In this document: positions 44,222 through 54,693 of the stretch, piece by piece | How the letters are laid out: each line of letters opens with the position of its first letter | How positions within the stretch are numbered: position 1 is the stretch's first letter | Assembly (NCBI GenBank): GCA_035461905.1 | Contig: DATHUV010000143.1 | Location: forward strand, 1,587 to 65,586 | Length of the DNA stretch: 64,000 nucleotides | Reading direction: 5' to 3' | Source: Acidimicrobiia bacterium | GTDB taxonomy: Bacteria > Actinomycetota > Acidimicrobiia > Spongiisociales > UBA5794 | The notes under the pieces: generated by a model | Seen by the model: the letters and a program-made list of their open reading frames with translations, nothing else | Told to the model about the DNA's origin: nothing | Database searches by the model: none | Position numbers and translations under genes: made by a program

Positions 44222-47200
44222 ATGGTCGGAACCGAGAGTGCCGAGACTTCCCACTCATCGCTGGTAGATCAGCTGCTCGACCTGATCGAGGCGGAGGACC
44301 CGCCCGAGTATCGCGACATGTTGCGAACGTTCGCGACGCTGTACCTCAAACGTCTTCCTGATGCTGACGTTCCCGACCTCACCCCGGACCAGCTCATGGC
44401 AGAAGTCGTCGACTTGTTGTCGTTCATCGACGAGCGCAGGAAGGGCGAGACCGCCGTGCGTGTCTTCAGGCCGACGCTCGCAGAATGCGGTTACGAGATC
44501 CACGGTTCCGTGGTCCAGGTCGTAGCGGACGACAGCCCGTTCCTCGTGGACTCCATCACGATGGCGGTTGGCCGCATGGACGCCGGCATCGAGCGCCATC
44601 TCCACCCCGTGGTCGGGACGGTTCGCAATACCGATGGACGAATCACCGCTCTGTCCGCCGCCAGGGGGAGCGCACATCGCGAGTCGATCCAGCACGTCGA
44701 GCTGTCGCGTGTCCTGGAACCGGACGAGGAGGCACAGCTCAAAGAAGCCATCCACAACGCGCTCAGGGACGTCGAATGCGCTGTTCGGGATTTCGATCCG
44801 ATGCGCGAAAAGGTCGCCGAAATGGAGGGTGTCGCGAAGGCGAGTGTCCACTTCTATGACTACGAGGAGGTCGCGGAGACCGTCGCGTTCCTCGAATGGC
44901 TGCTCGACGACAACTTCGTGTTCCTCGGGTATAGAACCTATCGGATCACCGAATCGGATCGGGGCAAGCTCGTCTCGGCAATACCCGAGAGCGGGCTCGG
45001 GATCCTCTCACCTGACGGTGAGGAGCTTCCACCCGTCCCCCTCGACGAGCTCCCGCCGCACCTTCGGGACCGCTACACCGGGGGTTCCCTGCTCGTCATC
45101 TCGAAGACGAACCGCCACGCGTCGGTGCATCGCGACGCACGAATGGACTACATCGGGATGCGACAGATCAACGAGGACGGCGTCATGGTCGCCGAGCTCA
45201 GGCTCCTCGGCCTGTTCACGTCGAAGGCATACATGACGCCGGCATCCGAGATTCCCGTGCTGAGACGCAAGCTCGCCCAGGTGCTCGTCGACCAGGACGT
45301 GATCGAGGGCTCCCACGACTACAAGTCCCTCGTGCAGGTGTTCGAGTCGTTCCCGAAGGACGATCTGTTCGCTATGAACGTCGATGCGCTGACCGAGGTT
45401 CTCGGAGACCTCGTCGAGACCGAGGAGGCGTCAACCGTTCGGCTGTTCGTGCGTCGCGATGCTCTCAGCAGGTACGTCGGGACGCTGGTGACGCTTCCGC
45501 GGGACCGCTTCAACGCTGACCTGAGGAAGCAGCTCCAGGACCTGTTCCTCAGGACCTTCGGTGGCCATGCCATCGACTACCGACTTGCCCTCGGTGAGTC
45601 CGGCGACGCTCGGATCCACTTCAGCGTCTGGGTCGAGGAGGGGGCGCCGATCGACGTCGACGTCGCAGAGCTCGAGAGGACCGTCATCGCCATGGCGCGA
45701 AATTGGGACGACAGGGTCGTCGAGGAGCTCATGTCGCGGGTCGATGAGGGCACCGCGAAGCGCCTGGGCGTCGCGTGGGCAGGGCTGTTCCCCAGTTACT
45801 ACAAGACCTCCATGCCCATCGAGATCGCCGCAGGTGACATCCTCAAACTCGACCGCCTCATGAAGGCGGGGCAGGAGGTCGCCGTCGGGGTCCAGAACGA
45901 GGCCCTTTCGAATGCCCCGGACGCGACCGACCGCTTGTCGAGAATCACGGTGTACCGGTCCTCGGGCAAGCTGAACCTCTCCGCGATGATGCCGCTGATC
46001 GAGCATCTCGGGCTCGCCGTCGTCGAGGAAGTCCCGACGAGGCTGAAGAACGAGCAAGGGACCTTCATCCACGACTTCGGTGTCCTCACCAGGGACGGCG
46101 GGCTTCTCGATGTCGAAACGGACGGACCACGCATCGAAGCGGCCCTCGAAGCGGTGCTTCGGGGCGAAGCCGAGTCCGACAGCCTCCACCGTCTCCTCAT
46201 CTCCAGCACGCTCGACCATGACGACCTGACCGTCCTTCGCGCGTACCGGGCCTACTGGAGGTTGGTGACACCGGCGTTCTCGGTCGGGTACGTCGACGAC
46301 ACCCTCTCCGCCCACCCGGAGGTCGCCGAAATGATCGTCAGGCTGTTCCAGGCGCGCTTCTCCTCCGACAACGACCCCGACGTGGAGCAGGCGATCGTGA
46401 CCTCCATCCTCAACGCCCTCAACGAGGTGTCGTCGCTCGATGAGGATCGCATCCTGCGCGGGTTCCTCGACCTGATCCGGGCGACCGAGCGAACGAACTA
46501 TCGGGTCCCAGGCCGCACCTCCCTGTCCCTCAAGTTCCGGTCCGGGATCATTCCGGACATGCCGGAGCCCGCGCCACTCTTTGAGATCTACGTCTCGAGC
46601 CGCGACGTCGAAGGTGTTCACCTTCGGGGAGGGATGGTCGCAAGGGGAGGTATCCGTTGGTCCGACAGGCGGGAGGACTACCGGACAGAGGTGCTCGGGC
46701 TGATGAAGGCGCAGATGACGAAGAACGCCGTCATCGTGCCGACGGGCGCCAAGGGCGGTTTCGTCATGAAGCGCCACGCCGACGCAGGGGGGCCGACGTA
46801 CGACGAGGTGCGTGCCGGCTACGAGACATTCATCCGCGGCCTCCTCGACGTCACCGACAACCGAGTCGGCGACTCGATCGTTGGCCCCGATGACGTCGTG
46901 CGCCACGACGATGACGATCCGTACCTCGTCGTGGCCGCGGACAAGGGAACCGCGTCGTTCTCGGACACGGCCAACGCGTTGGCTGCCGACTACGGGTTCT
47001 GGCTCGACGACGCCTTCGCCTCAGGTGGCTCTGCCGGCTACGACCACAAAGCGCTCGGCATCACCGCACGCGGTGCGTGGGAATCCGTTCGTCGCCACTT
47101 CTTCGACCTCGGTGTGGACGTCGATGCCGACGAGGTCACGGCCGTTGGGATCGGTGACATGTCGGGAGATGTATTCGGCAACGGCATGTTGCTGTCCAAG

Positions 47201-49012
47201 CATCTCCGGCTCGTTGCCGCCTTCGACCATCGCCACATCTTCATCGATCCGGATCCGGACCCTGCGGCGGCCTGGATCGAGCGCAGTCGCATCGCCGGCC
47301 TCGGACGGTCGTCATGGCAGGACTATGACCCGACCGTCATCTCGAATGGTGGTGGTGTGTTTCCTCGGTCGGTGAAGCGGATCGACCTCACGCCCGAGAT
47401 GCGAAAGGTCCTTGGGACGGATGCCGAGTTCGCGACACCCAGCGGGCTGATTCGCATGATCCTCATGGCACCCGTCGACCTGTTGTGGAATGGGGGCATC
47501 GGTACGTACGTGAAGTCGAGGTCAGAGACGAACGCCGAGGTGCAGGACCGATCGAACGACGCCGTGAGGGTCGACGCACGGGACCTCAGGTGCCGTGTCG
47601 TGGGGGAGGGCGGCAACCTCGGATTCACACAGCTCGGTCGTATCGAATTCGACAACCACGGTGGGCGCATCTTCACGGACTTCATCGACAACTCCGGCGG
47701 CGTCCACGCGTCGGACAGGGAGGTGAACCTCAAGATCCTGCTGCGGATGGCTCAAGAAGCCGGGGAGATCACCAGATCCGAGCGCGACGAGATCATCGAG
47801 TCCGTATCCGACGACGTCGTCAGCGCCATCCTGTACGACAACTTCCTCCAGGCGCAGATGATCTCCCAGGAGGCAGAGAACTCCCGACGGACGATCGAGG
47901 CGTACATCGAGCTGACGGACCGCCTCGAACGCGAGGGACTGCTGACGAGGGACATCGAGTTCCTCCCGAGCACCGAGGAAATGACCCAGCGATCGCGCGA
48001 GGGCAAGGGCATGTCACGCCCCGAGATCGCGGTTCTCCTCGCCTACGCGAAGATGAGCCTGACCGAGCACCTCAGGGTCTCGACGCTCCCTGACGACAAG
48101 CACTTCGTTCCCGATCTCCTCGCGTACTTCCCTCCGCGTATCGTCGAGCGCTTCGAGCATCTGATCCTCCAGCACCCCCTCCGTCGCGAGCTGATCTCAA
48201 CGATCGTCGCGAACCAGGTGCTCAACTCCCAGGGCAGTACGTACTACTCGAGGATGCGCACCGTGTCGGGGTCATCCGCTGCGATGATCGTGCGTGCCTA
48301 CCGAATAGCCAGGGCCGTCACGGACGCCCAGAGCCGATGGCATTCCATCGAGGAGCTCGGTGCGTCGGTGCGCCCCGAGACGGCCCGGATGATGCTCCAG
48401 GACATCGACCTGCTCGTGACGCTCGTGTCCCGGTGGTACCTCATGCAGGACCAGACATCGAGCATCGACGAGGAGGTCGCTGCTGCGAAGGAAGAATTCG
48501 CACGACTCTCGGACGGATTCCCGAACCTCGGTCCCGAAGAGTGGCGCGAGCCGTATGAGCGTGTCGCCTCAGACCTCGTCGCACAGGGCGTACCGGCCGA
48601 CCTTGCGGTTCGGCATGCCTATCAGCGAGTGCTGCGGCGCGGTCCTGACATCGTCGATCTCGCAAACCGGTTCGATCGCGACGTCATGGAGGTTGCCGAG
48701 ATCTACACGCAGGCGAGCCAGGAGTTCATGATCGGCTGGGTCGAGCGCCAGATCCGTCTCCTGCCCGGCACCACAGCCTTCGATCGCTTGGCCATCGCTG
48801 CACTGCGTGACGACCTCCAGATCCTCCGACGTGAAGTCGTCTCGGCGATCCTGTCCGAGGCAGACGGCTCGATCGACGCCTTCATCGATGCCAACGATCG
48901 GGTCATGCCCCGGATCGAACGGTGGCACCGGTGGCTGTCGAGGGACGGGATCCTCGACGTGTCCGCAGGCTTCATCGCGACCCGCCGGCTGCACCAGATC
49001 CTCGTCCCCTGA
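44222..49012 (+). CDS. gdh: NAD-specific glutamate dehydrogenase, large (about 180 kDa) type
   Basis: Track ORF trimmed to ATG 44222; 1596 aa. The catalytic core [39 protein letters not shown] and [13 protein letters not shown] are diagnostic of the Bac_GDH family. Confidence 0.9.
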   Translation: MVGTESAETSHSSLVDQLLDLIEAEDPPEYRDMLRTFATLYLKRLPDADVPDLTPDQLMAEVVDLLSFIDERRKGETAVRVFRPTLAECGYEIHGSVVQVVADDSPFLVDSITMAVGRMDAGIERHLHPVVGTVRNTDGRITALSAARGSAHRESIQHVELSRVLEPDEEAQLKEAIHNALRDVECAVRDFDPMREKVAEMEGVAKASVHFYDYEEVAETVAFLEWLLDDNFVFLGYRTYRITESDRGKLVSAIPESGLGILSPDGEELPPVPLDELPPHLRDRYTGGSLLVISKTNRHASVHRDARMDYIGMRQINEDGVMVAELRLLGLFTSKAYMTPASEIPVLRRKLAQVLVDQDVIEGSHDYKSLVQVFESFPKDDLFAMNVDALTEVLGDLVETEEASTVRLFVRRDALSRYVGTLVTLPRDRFNADLRKQLQDLFLRTFGGHAIDYRLALGESGDARIHFSVWVEEGAPIDVDVAELERTVIAMARNWDDRVVEELMSRVDEGTAKRLGVAWAGLFPSYYKTSMPIEIAAGDILKLDRLMKAGQEVAVGVQNEALSNAPDATDRLSRITVYRSSGKLNLSAMMPLIEHLGLAVVEEVPTRLKNEQGTFIHDFGVLTRDGGLLDVETDGPRIEAALEAVLRGEAESDSLHRLLISSTLDHDDLTVLRAYRAYWRLVTPAFSVGYVDDTLSAHPEVAEMIVRLFQARFSSDNDPDVEQAIVTSILNALNEVSSLDEDRILRGFLDLIRATERTNYRVPGRTSLSLKFRSGIIPDMPEPAPLFEIYVSSRDVEGVHLRGGMVARGGIRWSDRREDYRTEVLGLMKAQMTKNAVIVPTGAKGGFVMKRHADAGGPTYDEVRAGYETFIRGLLDVTDNRVGDSIVGPDDVVRHDDDDPYLVVAADKGTASFSDTANALAADYGFWLDDAFASGGSAGYDHKALGITARGAWESVRRHFFDLGVDVDADEVTAVGIGDMSGDVFGNGMLLSKHLRLVAAFDHRHIFIDPDPDPAAAWIERSRIAGLGRSSWQDYDPTVISNGGGVFPRSVKRIDLTPEMRKVLGTDAEFATPSGLIRMILMAPVDLLWNGGIGTYVKSRSETNAEVQDRSNDAVRVDARDLRCRVVGEGGNLGFTQLGRIEFDNHGGRIFTDFIDNSGGVHASDREVNLKILLRMAQEAGEITRSERDEIIESVSDDVVSAILYDNFLQAQMISQEAENSRRTIEAYIELTDRLEREGLLTRDIEFLPSTEEMTQRSREGKGMSRPEIAVLLAYAKMSLTEHLRVSTLPDDKHFVPDLLAYFPPRIVERFEHLILQHPLRRELISTIVANQVLNSQGSTYYSRMRTVSGSSAAMIVRAYRIARAVTDAQSRWHSIEELGASVRPETARMMLQDIDLLVTLVSRWYLMQDQTSSIDEEVAAAKEEFARLSDGFPNLGPEEWREPYERVASDLVAQGVPADLAVRHAYQRVLRRGPDIVDLANRFDRDVMEVAEIYTQASQEFMIGWVERQIRLLPGTTAFDRLAIAALRDDLQILRREVVSAILSEADGSIDAFIDANDRVMPRIERWHRWLSRDGILDVSAGFIATRRLHQILVP

Positions 49013-49046
49013 CGGGGGCACGACCGTCATTCAACCACACCGTTTA

Positions 49047-49064
49047 CAAACGAACGTTCGTTTG
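49047..49064. promoter_or_regulatory. Perfect 18-bp palindrome upstream of paaA; likely operator of the PaaR-type TetR encoded at the operon end
   Basis: CAAACGAACGTTCGTTTG equals its own reverse complement and lies 40 nt upstream of the paaA start. The inner CGAACGTTCGTTTG fits the C-N-AACG-NN-CGTT-N-G pattern I recall for Thermus PaaR. Confidence 0.55.
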
Positions 49065-49103
49065 ATATCCTCCTGCCTCGAGGAGAGGAGGCACGTGGAC
49101 AAC

Positions 49104-50039
49104 GTGACACGACAAGAGGCATTCGACGCGATCATCGCCGCCGACGAGAAGGTGGAGCCGCGCGACTGGATGCCGGACGGTTACCGAGCGACCTTGATAC
49201 GCCAGATGGCACAGCATGCGCACAGCGAGGTCATCGGCATGCAACCCGAAGCGAACTGGATCACGCGCGCGCCGACGCTCCTGCGCAAGGCGATCCTCAT
49301 GGCGAAGGTCCAGGACGAGGCGGGCCACGGTCTGTACCTCTACTCGGCAGCCGAGACGCTCGGCGTGTCGCGCGACGAGTTGCAGGACCTCCTCCATGAC
49401 GGCGAGCAGAAGTACTCGTCGATCTTCAACTACCCGACGCTGTCGTGGGCTGACATGGGCGCGATCGGCTGGCTCGTCGACGGCGCGGCCATCGTCAACC
49501 AGATCGTGCTGCAGGGGACGTCCTATGGGCCCTATTCGCGTGCGATGGTCAAGATCTGCAAGGAGGAGAGCTTCCACGCCCGGCAGGGCTACTCGATCAT
49601 GATGGCCCTCGCCAACGGAACCGACGAGCAGAAGGCGATGGCCCAGGACGCGATCGATCGATGGTGGTGGCCGGCGCTGATGATGTTCGGTCCACACGAC
49701 TCCGAGTCCTCACACACCGAGCAGTCGATGGCATGGAAGGTCAAGCGCATCACCAACGATGACCTTCGTCAGATGTTCATCGACCAGACGGTGCCACAGG
49801 CGCATTACCTCGGATGCGTAATCCCCGATCCGGACCTGCGGTTCGATGAGGAGGCAGGGCACTGGCGCATCGGCGAGATCGACTGGGACGAGTTCTGGGC
49901 GACGATCAAGGGCGATGGTCGCCTCAACCGTGAGCGGATCGCCCACAAGACGAAGGCGTGGAACGACGGCGCATGGGTGCGCGAGGCGGCAACGGCGTAT
50001 GCGGCGAAGTCGAGTGCCCGATTGGAGGGGGTCGCATGA
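49104..50039 (+). CDS. paaA: 1,2-phenylacetyl-CoA epoxidase, catalytic subunit A
   Basis: The GTG at 49104 gives (M)[41 protein letters not shown], collinear with the E. coli PaaA N-terminus. An alternative in-frame GTG at 49095 is only 3 nt from GGAGG. Di-iron ligand motifs are EAGH and EESFH. Confidence 0.9.
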   Translation: MTRQEAFDAIIAADEKVEPRDWMPDGYRATLIRQMAQHAHSEVIGMQPEANWITRAPTLLRKAILMAKVQDEAGHGLYLYSAAETLGVSRDELQDLLHDGEQKYSSIFNYPTLSWADMGAIGWLVDGAAIVNQIVLQGTSYGPYSRAMVKICKEESFHARQGYSIMMALANGTDEQKAMAQDAIDRWWWPALMMFGPHDSESSHTEQSMAWKVKRITNDDLRQMFIDQTVPQAHYLGCVIPDPDLRFDEEAGHWRIGEIDWDEFWATIKGDGRLNRERIAHKTKAWNDGAWVREAATAYAAKSSARLEGVA

Positions 50040-50377
50040 GTTACGACGTTCCCGTCGCACCCGGCGACGAGCCGGTCAAGGTGCCCACCGGCACACACAA
50101 GGATCACGGGTGGCCCCTGTGGGAGGTGTTCGTGCGCGCACGGCGCGGCCTCAGCCACACCCACGTCGGTTCGCTCCACGCCCCCGATGCGGAGACGGCG
50201 ATCCAGAACGCACGAGACGGCTACACGAGGCGAGCCGAGGGGGTCAGCGTCTGGGTCGTGCCCTCGACCGAGATCCACGCATCCGATGACCCGGACTCGA
50301 TGTTCGCTCCGTTCGAGGACAAGCCGTACCGGCATCCGACCTTCTACGAGATCCCCGCTGAGGTCGGGCAACTGTGA
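50036..50377 (+). CDS. paaB: 1,2-phenylacetyl-CoA epoxidase subunit B
   Basis: ATG overlaps the paaA stop (ATGA). [36 protein letters not shown] is the conserved PaaB core. 113 aa. Confidence 0.9.
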   Translation: MSYDVPVAPGDEPVKVPTGTHKDHGWPLWEVFVRARRGLSHTHVGSLHAPDAETAIQNARDGYTRRAEGVSVWVVPSTEIHASDDPDSMFAPFEDKPYRHPTFYEIPAEVGQL

Positions 50378-51141
50378 ACACGGTTACGACCTCGACGGCA
50401 CTTGGCACCTATCTCGTCCGGTTGGCGGACGACAACCTCGTCATCGGACAGCGCCTCGGTGAGTACATCTCGCACGCGCCCGAGCTCGAGGAGGACCTTG
50501 CGATCGCCAACACCGGCCTCGACCACGTCGGGATGGCACGGCATCTCTACACCCTTGCCGGGGAGGTAGAGGGAGACGGCCGCAGCGAGGACGACTTCGC
50601 CATGTTCCGTTCCGAGCGCGAATTCACGAACGTGCTGCTCGTGGAGCAGCCGAACGTCGACTTCGGCTACCTCACCACCCGCCAGTTCTTCTTCGATGCC
50701 TATCAGGTCCCCCTGTGGCTGCGGCTGAGCGCGTCGACGCACGACCAGCTCGCAGGCATCGCAGCCAAGGGCCTCAAGGAAGCGACCTATCACCTCCGCC
50801 GGTCGTCCTCGTGGATGATCCGCCTCGGTGACGGCACGCCTGAGAGCCACCGGCGCGTCCAGGAGTCGATCGACGGACTGTGGCGGTTCACTTCTGAGCT
50901 GTGCGCGACCGATGACGTGGAAGCCGAGCTCGCCGATGCAGGAGTGGCGCCACGATCGTCAGATCTGCGAACGGAGTGGGAGCGGACCGTCGATGCCGTC
51001 TTCGAGGAAGCGACCCTCGCCCGCAGCGCCGACGCCTTCCAGACATCGGGAGGCAGGACAGGGATGCACACCGAGTATCTCGGACACCTCCTCGCCCAGT
51101 TGCAGTGGATGCAGCGTTCCCACCCGGGGTTGTCATGGTGA
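50374..51141 (+). CDS. paaC: 1,2-phenylacetyl-CoA epoxidase subunit C
   Basis: GTG overlaps the paaB stop. LGTYLVRLADDNLVIGQRLGEYISHAPELEEDLAIANTGLD is typical of PaaC. 255 aa. Confidence 0.85.
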   Translation: MNTVTTSTALGTYLVRLADDNLVIGQRLGEYISHAPELEEDLAIANTGLDHVGMARHLYTLAGEVEGDGRSEDDFAMFRSEREFTNVLLVEQPNVDFGYLTTRQFFFDAYQVPLWLRLSASTHDQLAGIAAKGLKEATYHLRRSSSWMIRLGDGTPESHRRVQESIDGLWRFTSELCATDDVEAELADAGVAPRSSDLRTEWERTVDAVFEEATLARSADAFQTSGGRTGMHTEYLGHLLAQLQWMQRSHPGLSW

Positions 51142-51614
51142 CGGCCACCGTCGACGTCGCCGAGACCGCCCGTCGGTTGCTCGATCAGGTCACCGATCCC
51201 GAGATCCCCGTCCTCACGATCGCCGACATCGGCATCCTGCGTGGCGTCGACGTGGGTTTCGACGGCCGCGTCGTCGTGACGATCACCCCGACGTATTCGG
51301 GATGCCCTGCGATGGACGTCATCGCAGAGGACATCGTGACGGTGCTGGCGTCGGAGGGGTTCGACGCGTCCGTCGAGATGACATTCACCCCGGCATGGAC
51401 GACGGAGTGGATGACGGAGGAGGCCAAGGCGAAGCTCGCAGGTTTCGGCATCGCGCCGCCGGGTTCCGTCATCGGGATCGTCGACGAGGTCTTGTGCCCG
51501 AATTGCTCCGAAGCCACCTCGCGCATCATCTCGGAGTACTCATCAACGGCCTGCAAGCGCATGCTCGTGTGCACATCGTGCGGCGAGCCCTTCGACCAGT
51601 TCAAGGCGATCTGA
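51135..51614 (+). CDS. paaD: Phenylacetate-CoA oxygenase subunit D (SUF-like maturation factor)
   Basis: Track ORF trimmed to ATG 51135, overlapping the paaC end. DPEIPVLTIADIGILR..ITPTYSGCPA plus a C-terminal CPNC..C..C zinc-ribbon-like motif. 159 aa. Confidence 0.85.
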   Translation: MVTATVDVAETARRLLDQVTDPEIPVLTIADIGILRGVDVGFDGRVVVTITPTYSGCPAMDVIAEDIVTVLASEGFDASVEMTFTPAWTTEWMTEEAKAKLAGFGIAPPGSVIGIVDEVLCPNCSEATSRIISEYSSTACKRMLVCTSCGEPFDQFKAI

Positions 51615-52675
51615 TGGAAGCCGTCGAGTTCCATCCGCTCACGGTGCGTGCGATCGATCGGCTGACCGACGAGGCGGTGTGCGTCACGTTCGACGTCCCG
51701 GACGACCTCCGGCCCATGTACGCCCACGTGCCCGGTCAGCACATGATCCTCCGGACCTCCCTCGACGGTGTCGACGTCCGCAGGAGCTACTCGATCTGCT
51801 CGCCTTCGGGGGACGCGGACCTCCGGGTGGGCATCAAACTCCTGCGGGGTGGTGCCTTCTCGACCTGGGCGAACAGCAAGCTCGAACCGGGCGCCGTCAT
51901 CGAAGCGACTCCGCCGACGGGTGAGTTCATGCATGCCCCCTCGAACAACGGCGTGCGTTCATACGCTGCGATCGTTGCGGGGAGCGGAATCACGCCGGTG
52001 CTCTCGATCATCGCTTCGACGCTCAGGGATGAGCCTGAGGCCCTATTCACCCTCATTTACGGGAACCGCGAAGGGCGATCGGTGATGTTCCTCGACGAGA
52101 TCGACGCCCTCAAGGGTGCGTATCCGGACCGTTTCATGGTGATGCACGTCTTGAGTCGGGAGTCGCACATCGTCCCCCTGTTCGAGGGCCGCATCGACGC
52201 AGAGAAGCTCGGGCAGCTCTTCTCCACCGTCGTGGATCCCGAGACGGTCGACTCGTGGTTCCTGTGCGGTCCTCGCGGCATGGTCGAGGACGCTCGTCAG
52301 GTGCTCGAGGATCGAGGCGTTCCATCGGACGTCGTACACGACGAGTTGTTCTATGCAGGGGACGGCCCTCCGGTGATCGCAATGGACGACGTGGTGGGTT
52401 CCACCGTGCGCTTCACGCTCCACGGGCGCACATCGACGGTCGTCATCGACCCGGACGGAGCACCGATCCTCGACCACGTGTTGTCCGTTAGGCCGGAAGG
52501 GCCGTTCTCGTGCCGGAGCGGGGCTTGTGCGTCGTGTCGGGCGAGGGTGATCGAGGGCGAGGTCCGGATGGACAGGAACTGGAGCCTCAACGGCGAAGAG
52601 GTGGCGGGTGGCCACATCCTGACATGCCAGTCCCATCCCGTGTCCGATGTCGTCGAGCTCACCTACGACGTATGA
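51614..52675 (+). CDS. paaE: Phenylacetate-CoA oxygenase reductase subunit E (FNR-like + 2Fe-2S)
   Basis: ATG overlaps the paaD stop. RSYSICS flavin motif, GSGITP NAD motif, and a C-terminal plant-type ferredoxin CRSGACASCRARV...LTCQS. 353 aa. Confidence 0.9.
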   Translation: MEAVEFHPLTVRAIDRLTDEAVCVTFDVPDDLRPMYAHVPGQHMILRTSLDGVDVRRSYSICSPSGDADLRVGIKLLRGGAFSTWANSKLEPGAVIEATPPTGEFMHAPSNNGVRSYAAIVAGSGITPVLSIIASTLRDEPEALFTLIYGNREGRSVMFLDEIDALKGAYPDRFMVMHVLSRESHIVPLFEGRIDAEKLGQLFSTVVDPETVDSWFLCGPRGMVEDARQVLEDRGVPSDVVHDELFYAGDGPPVIAMDDVVGSTVRFTLHGRTSTVVIDPDGAPILDHVLSVRPEGPFSCRSGACASCRARVIEGEVRMDRNWSLNGEEVAGGHILTCQSHPVSDVVELTYDV

Positions 52676-53247
52676 GCCGCCTCACACGCGATGACATCGT
52701 CACCGGGGCGGGGCGGCGTTTCGCCACCCACGGGTATCACGGGACCTCGATGCGGGATCTCGGAGACGACCTCGGGATCCTGGGCTCGTCGATCTACGCC
52801 CACGTGGGCGGGAAGCAGGAGCTCCTCGTCGCCGTGATCGAACGTGGCGCAGGGTTCTTCGACGCTGCTGCAGCCGGAGCGGTCGATGCCGGTGCCGACC
52901 CACCAGAGACTCTTCGACTGCTGATCGCGGCACACATCGACGTCGTTCTCGACCATCGTCCCGAGGCACGGACGTACCTGTTCGAGACGAGCTTCCTCGA
53001 CGAGGAGGAACGCGGTCGCGTTGCTCGCGCCCGCGACCGCTACGAGCAGGTCTTCGTCGACGTGATCGCACAGGGCGTTGCAGAGGGGTTCTTCCCGATG
53101 CACAGCGACCCGAGGCTCGCGGCCGTCTACGTGTTGTCGATCCTCAACACGGTGGGCGGGTGGTTCAACGAGTCGGGGAGATTCGACCGGTCAGCGCTCG
53201 CCCATGACGCACACACGTTCGTGATGAAGGGCCTCGGCGGCTCGTGA
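52672..53247 (+). CDS. paaR: TetR family regulator, probable PaaR
   Basis: ATG overlaps the paaE stop (ATGA). The HTH is SMRDLGDDLGILGSSIYAHV. It is the last gene of the paa operon and a palindromic operator lies upstream of paaA. Confidence 0.7.
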   Translation: MSRLTRDDIVTGAGRRFATHGYHGTSMRDLGDDLGILGSSIYAHVGGKQELLVAVIERGAGFFDAAAAGAVDAGADPPETLRLLIAAHIDVVLDHRPEARTYLFETSFLDEEERGRVARARDRYEQVFVDVIAQGVAEGFFPMHSDPRLAAVYVLSILNTVGGWFNESGRFDRSALAHDAHTFVMKGLGGS

Positions 53248-53257
53248 CCGGTCGGCG

Positions 53258-53950
53258 CTAGCCGGGCGTCCCCGGAGCGGTCGATCTGTCCTTGGCATCG
53301 GCGGTGAGGTCGACCGTGAGTTCCTCCCCGCTGCTCAGGATCACCCTGGCGCTGTCGGCTTGGGAACCTTCGGGCCCCGCTGCGAGGAGGATCCTCCGTA
53401 CGTCGGCGAGGTGGCCCTCCATCTCCCTGCGGTACCGGTCGGATTCGGCTCGGATCTGCTTCGCCTCGGTACGAGCGGCCTCGAGGACACGATCGGCCTC
53501 GGCCTCGCGACGACGTGCGATGTCCTCGGCCTCACCGACGATGCGATCGGCCTCGGTCCGAGCACGCTCGGTGATCTGCACAACCTCGTCGGTGCGGAGC
53601 TTCGCCTTCGCCTCAGCCTCGGCGATGATCGCGGCAGCGGATCGCGATGCGTCGGAACCTTCACCAAGACCTGCGGCCGCGGTCATGGCAGCAGCCTCGG
53701 CGCGGGCCTCGTCGATGATGGTCGCCCGAGCCCTGCGAGCCTCTTCGAGTTCGGCGTCGATGGAAGCCCTGAGGGCGTCGAGCTCGGCGTTCGCCTTGTC
53801 CGCCTTCCTGCCGGCGATGGCGAGCTGCTCCTCGAGTCCAGAGACGTATGCGGCGGCGTCATCGAGGAAGGCGTCGACCTCGGTGCGGTCGTAACCGCGA
53901 AGCGATGTCGTGAACCGTCGATCCTGGATCTTTCGAGCGGAGAGTTCCAT
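53258..53950 (-). CDS. DivIVA-domain coiled-coil protein
   Basis: Track ORF trimmed to MELSARKIQDRRFTTSLRGYDRTEVDAFLDD, the DivIVA N-terminal signature. The remainder is an Ala/Glu/Arg-rich coiled coil. 230 aa. Confidence 0.75.
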   Translation of the reverse strand: MELSARKIQDRRFTTSLRGYDRTEVDAFLDDAAAYVSGLEEQLAIAGRKADKANAELDALRASIDAELEEARRARATIIDEARAEAAAMTAAAGLGEGSDASRSAAAIIAEAEAKAKLRTDEVVQITERARTEADRIVGEAEDIARRREAEADRVLEAARTEAKQIRAESDRYRREMEGHLADVRRILLAAGPEGSQADSARVILSSGEELTVDLTADAKDRSTAPGTPG

Positions 53951-54055
53951 CCCTGCCTCCATGTGTGCCCCGATCGACACGATACAGGATGGACGCCTTC
54001 CGGGCGCGGAAAACGAGCCCTGCGGCTCGTCATCGAATCCGGATGATCGCTCGGC

Positions 54056-54517
54056 TCAGCGCTTGTTGGTCCCGTACGACATGTTGCGGATGCGCTGTTC
54101 GACGAGGGCGGCGTCGTCGTGGGTCGTCGAACGGTTGAGGACGGACTTCATCCGGTCGTTCACCGCTTCGTCGTAGTCACGATCCTCGCGGCGCTCATCG
54201 GAAGTGTTGCGCTTGAACATCTTCATGGCCGCTTTATCGGCGCGATCGGTGCGGAACTTGAGCGATGCGCCGGGTGGGACTCAACGGTTGAAGAGGCCGA
54301 GCAGACGGTCCTTTACCGAGGTCGCGTCGCTGTTGTTGGGCGTCGGCAGCTGGGTGCGGCGGTGCGCGTCGCGCATGCCGTTGCCGGACTTCGGGAGTGC
54401 GCCGCTGTTGCGTTGATAGAACGACGGTGCGGTGTTGATCGGCAGCTCGATGACCTCGGCGAGGTTTGCAAAATCCTCGTGCCGTGGGATCTGCTCGGCC
54501 GTTTCGTGCGTGGACAT
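54056..54517 (-). CDS. Hypothetical polar protein; 153-codon frame interrupted by an in-frame TGA at 54281-54283
   Basis: ATG at complement 54515-54517, then 78 codons to TGA (track ORF 54281..54598). The same frame continues for 74 codons to TGA 54056-54058 (hand translation). Codon-3 GC bias is strong on both sides. It could be two small ORFs, a recoding event, a pseudogene or an assembly error. Confidence 0.5.
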
Positions 54518-54693
54518 GTGTTTCCCTTCAGAGAAGTCCGCGCCTCCCGTTTGTTCCAAGCCCACGCCCCAATGTATCGCGCGCTGACGAGATGCCAAGA
54601 AGGGTTCCTCGGGACGACACGGTGACTAGTGCCCGATCCGGGACCCTCAGCGATGGGGTCGCCCGGTTAGGATGCAGTCCGGGGGAGTCGAGG

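Noticed and set aside
45431-46906. 491-aa ORF antisense inside the giant glutamate dehydrogenase gene
   Set aside because: The sense frame carries the diagnostic GDH motifs. The antisense ORF is open only because of the GC3 bias and has no recognisable domain.
54056-54517. Genome-wide reassignment of TGA as a sense codon
   Set aside because: Most well-supported genes in this window terminate at TGA at family-typical lengths, so TGA is a functional stop here. Any recoding would have to be local.
54119-54625. 168-aa plus-strand ORF covering the TGA-interrupted locus
   Set aside because: The composition is poor (Val/Arg/Gly-rich). The opposite strand shows the expected codon-3 GC bias, an SD-like element and a continuous frame, so the plus ORF is treated as a shadow.
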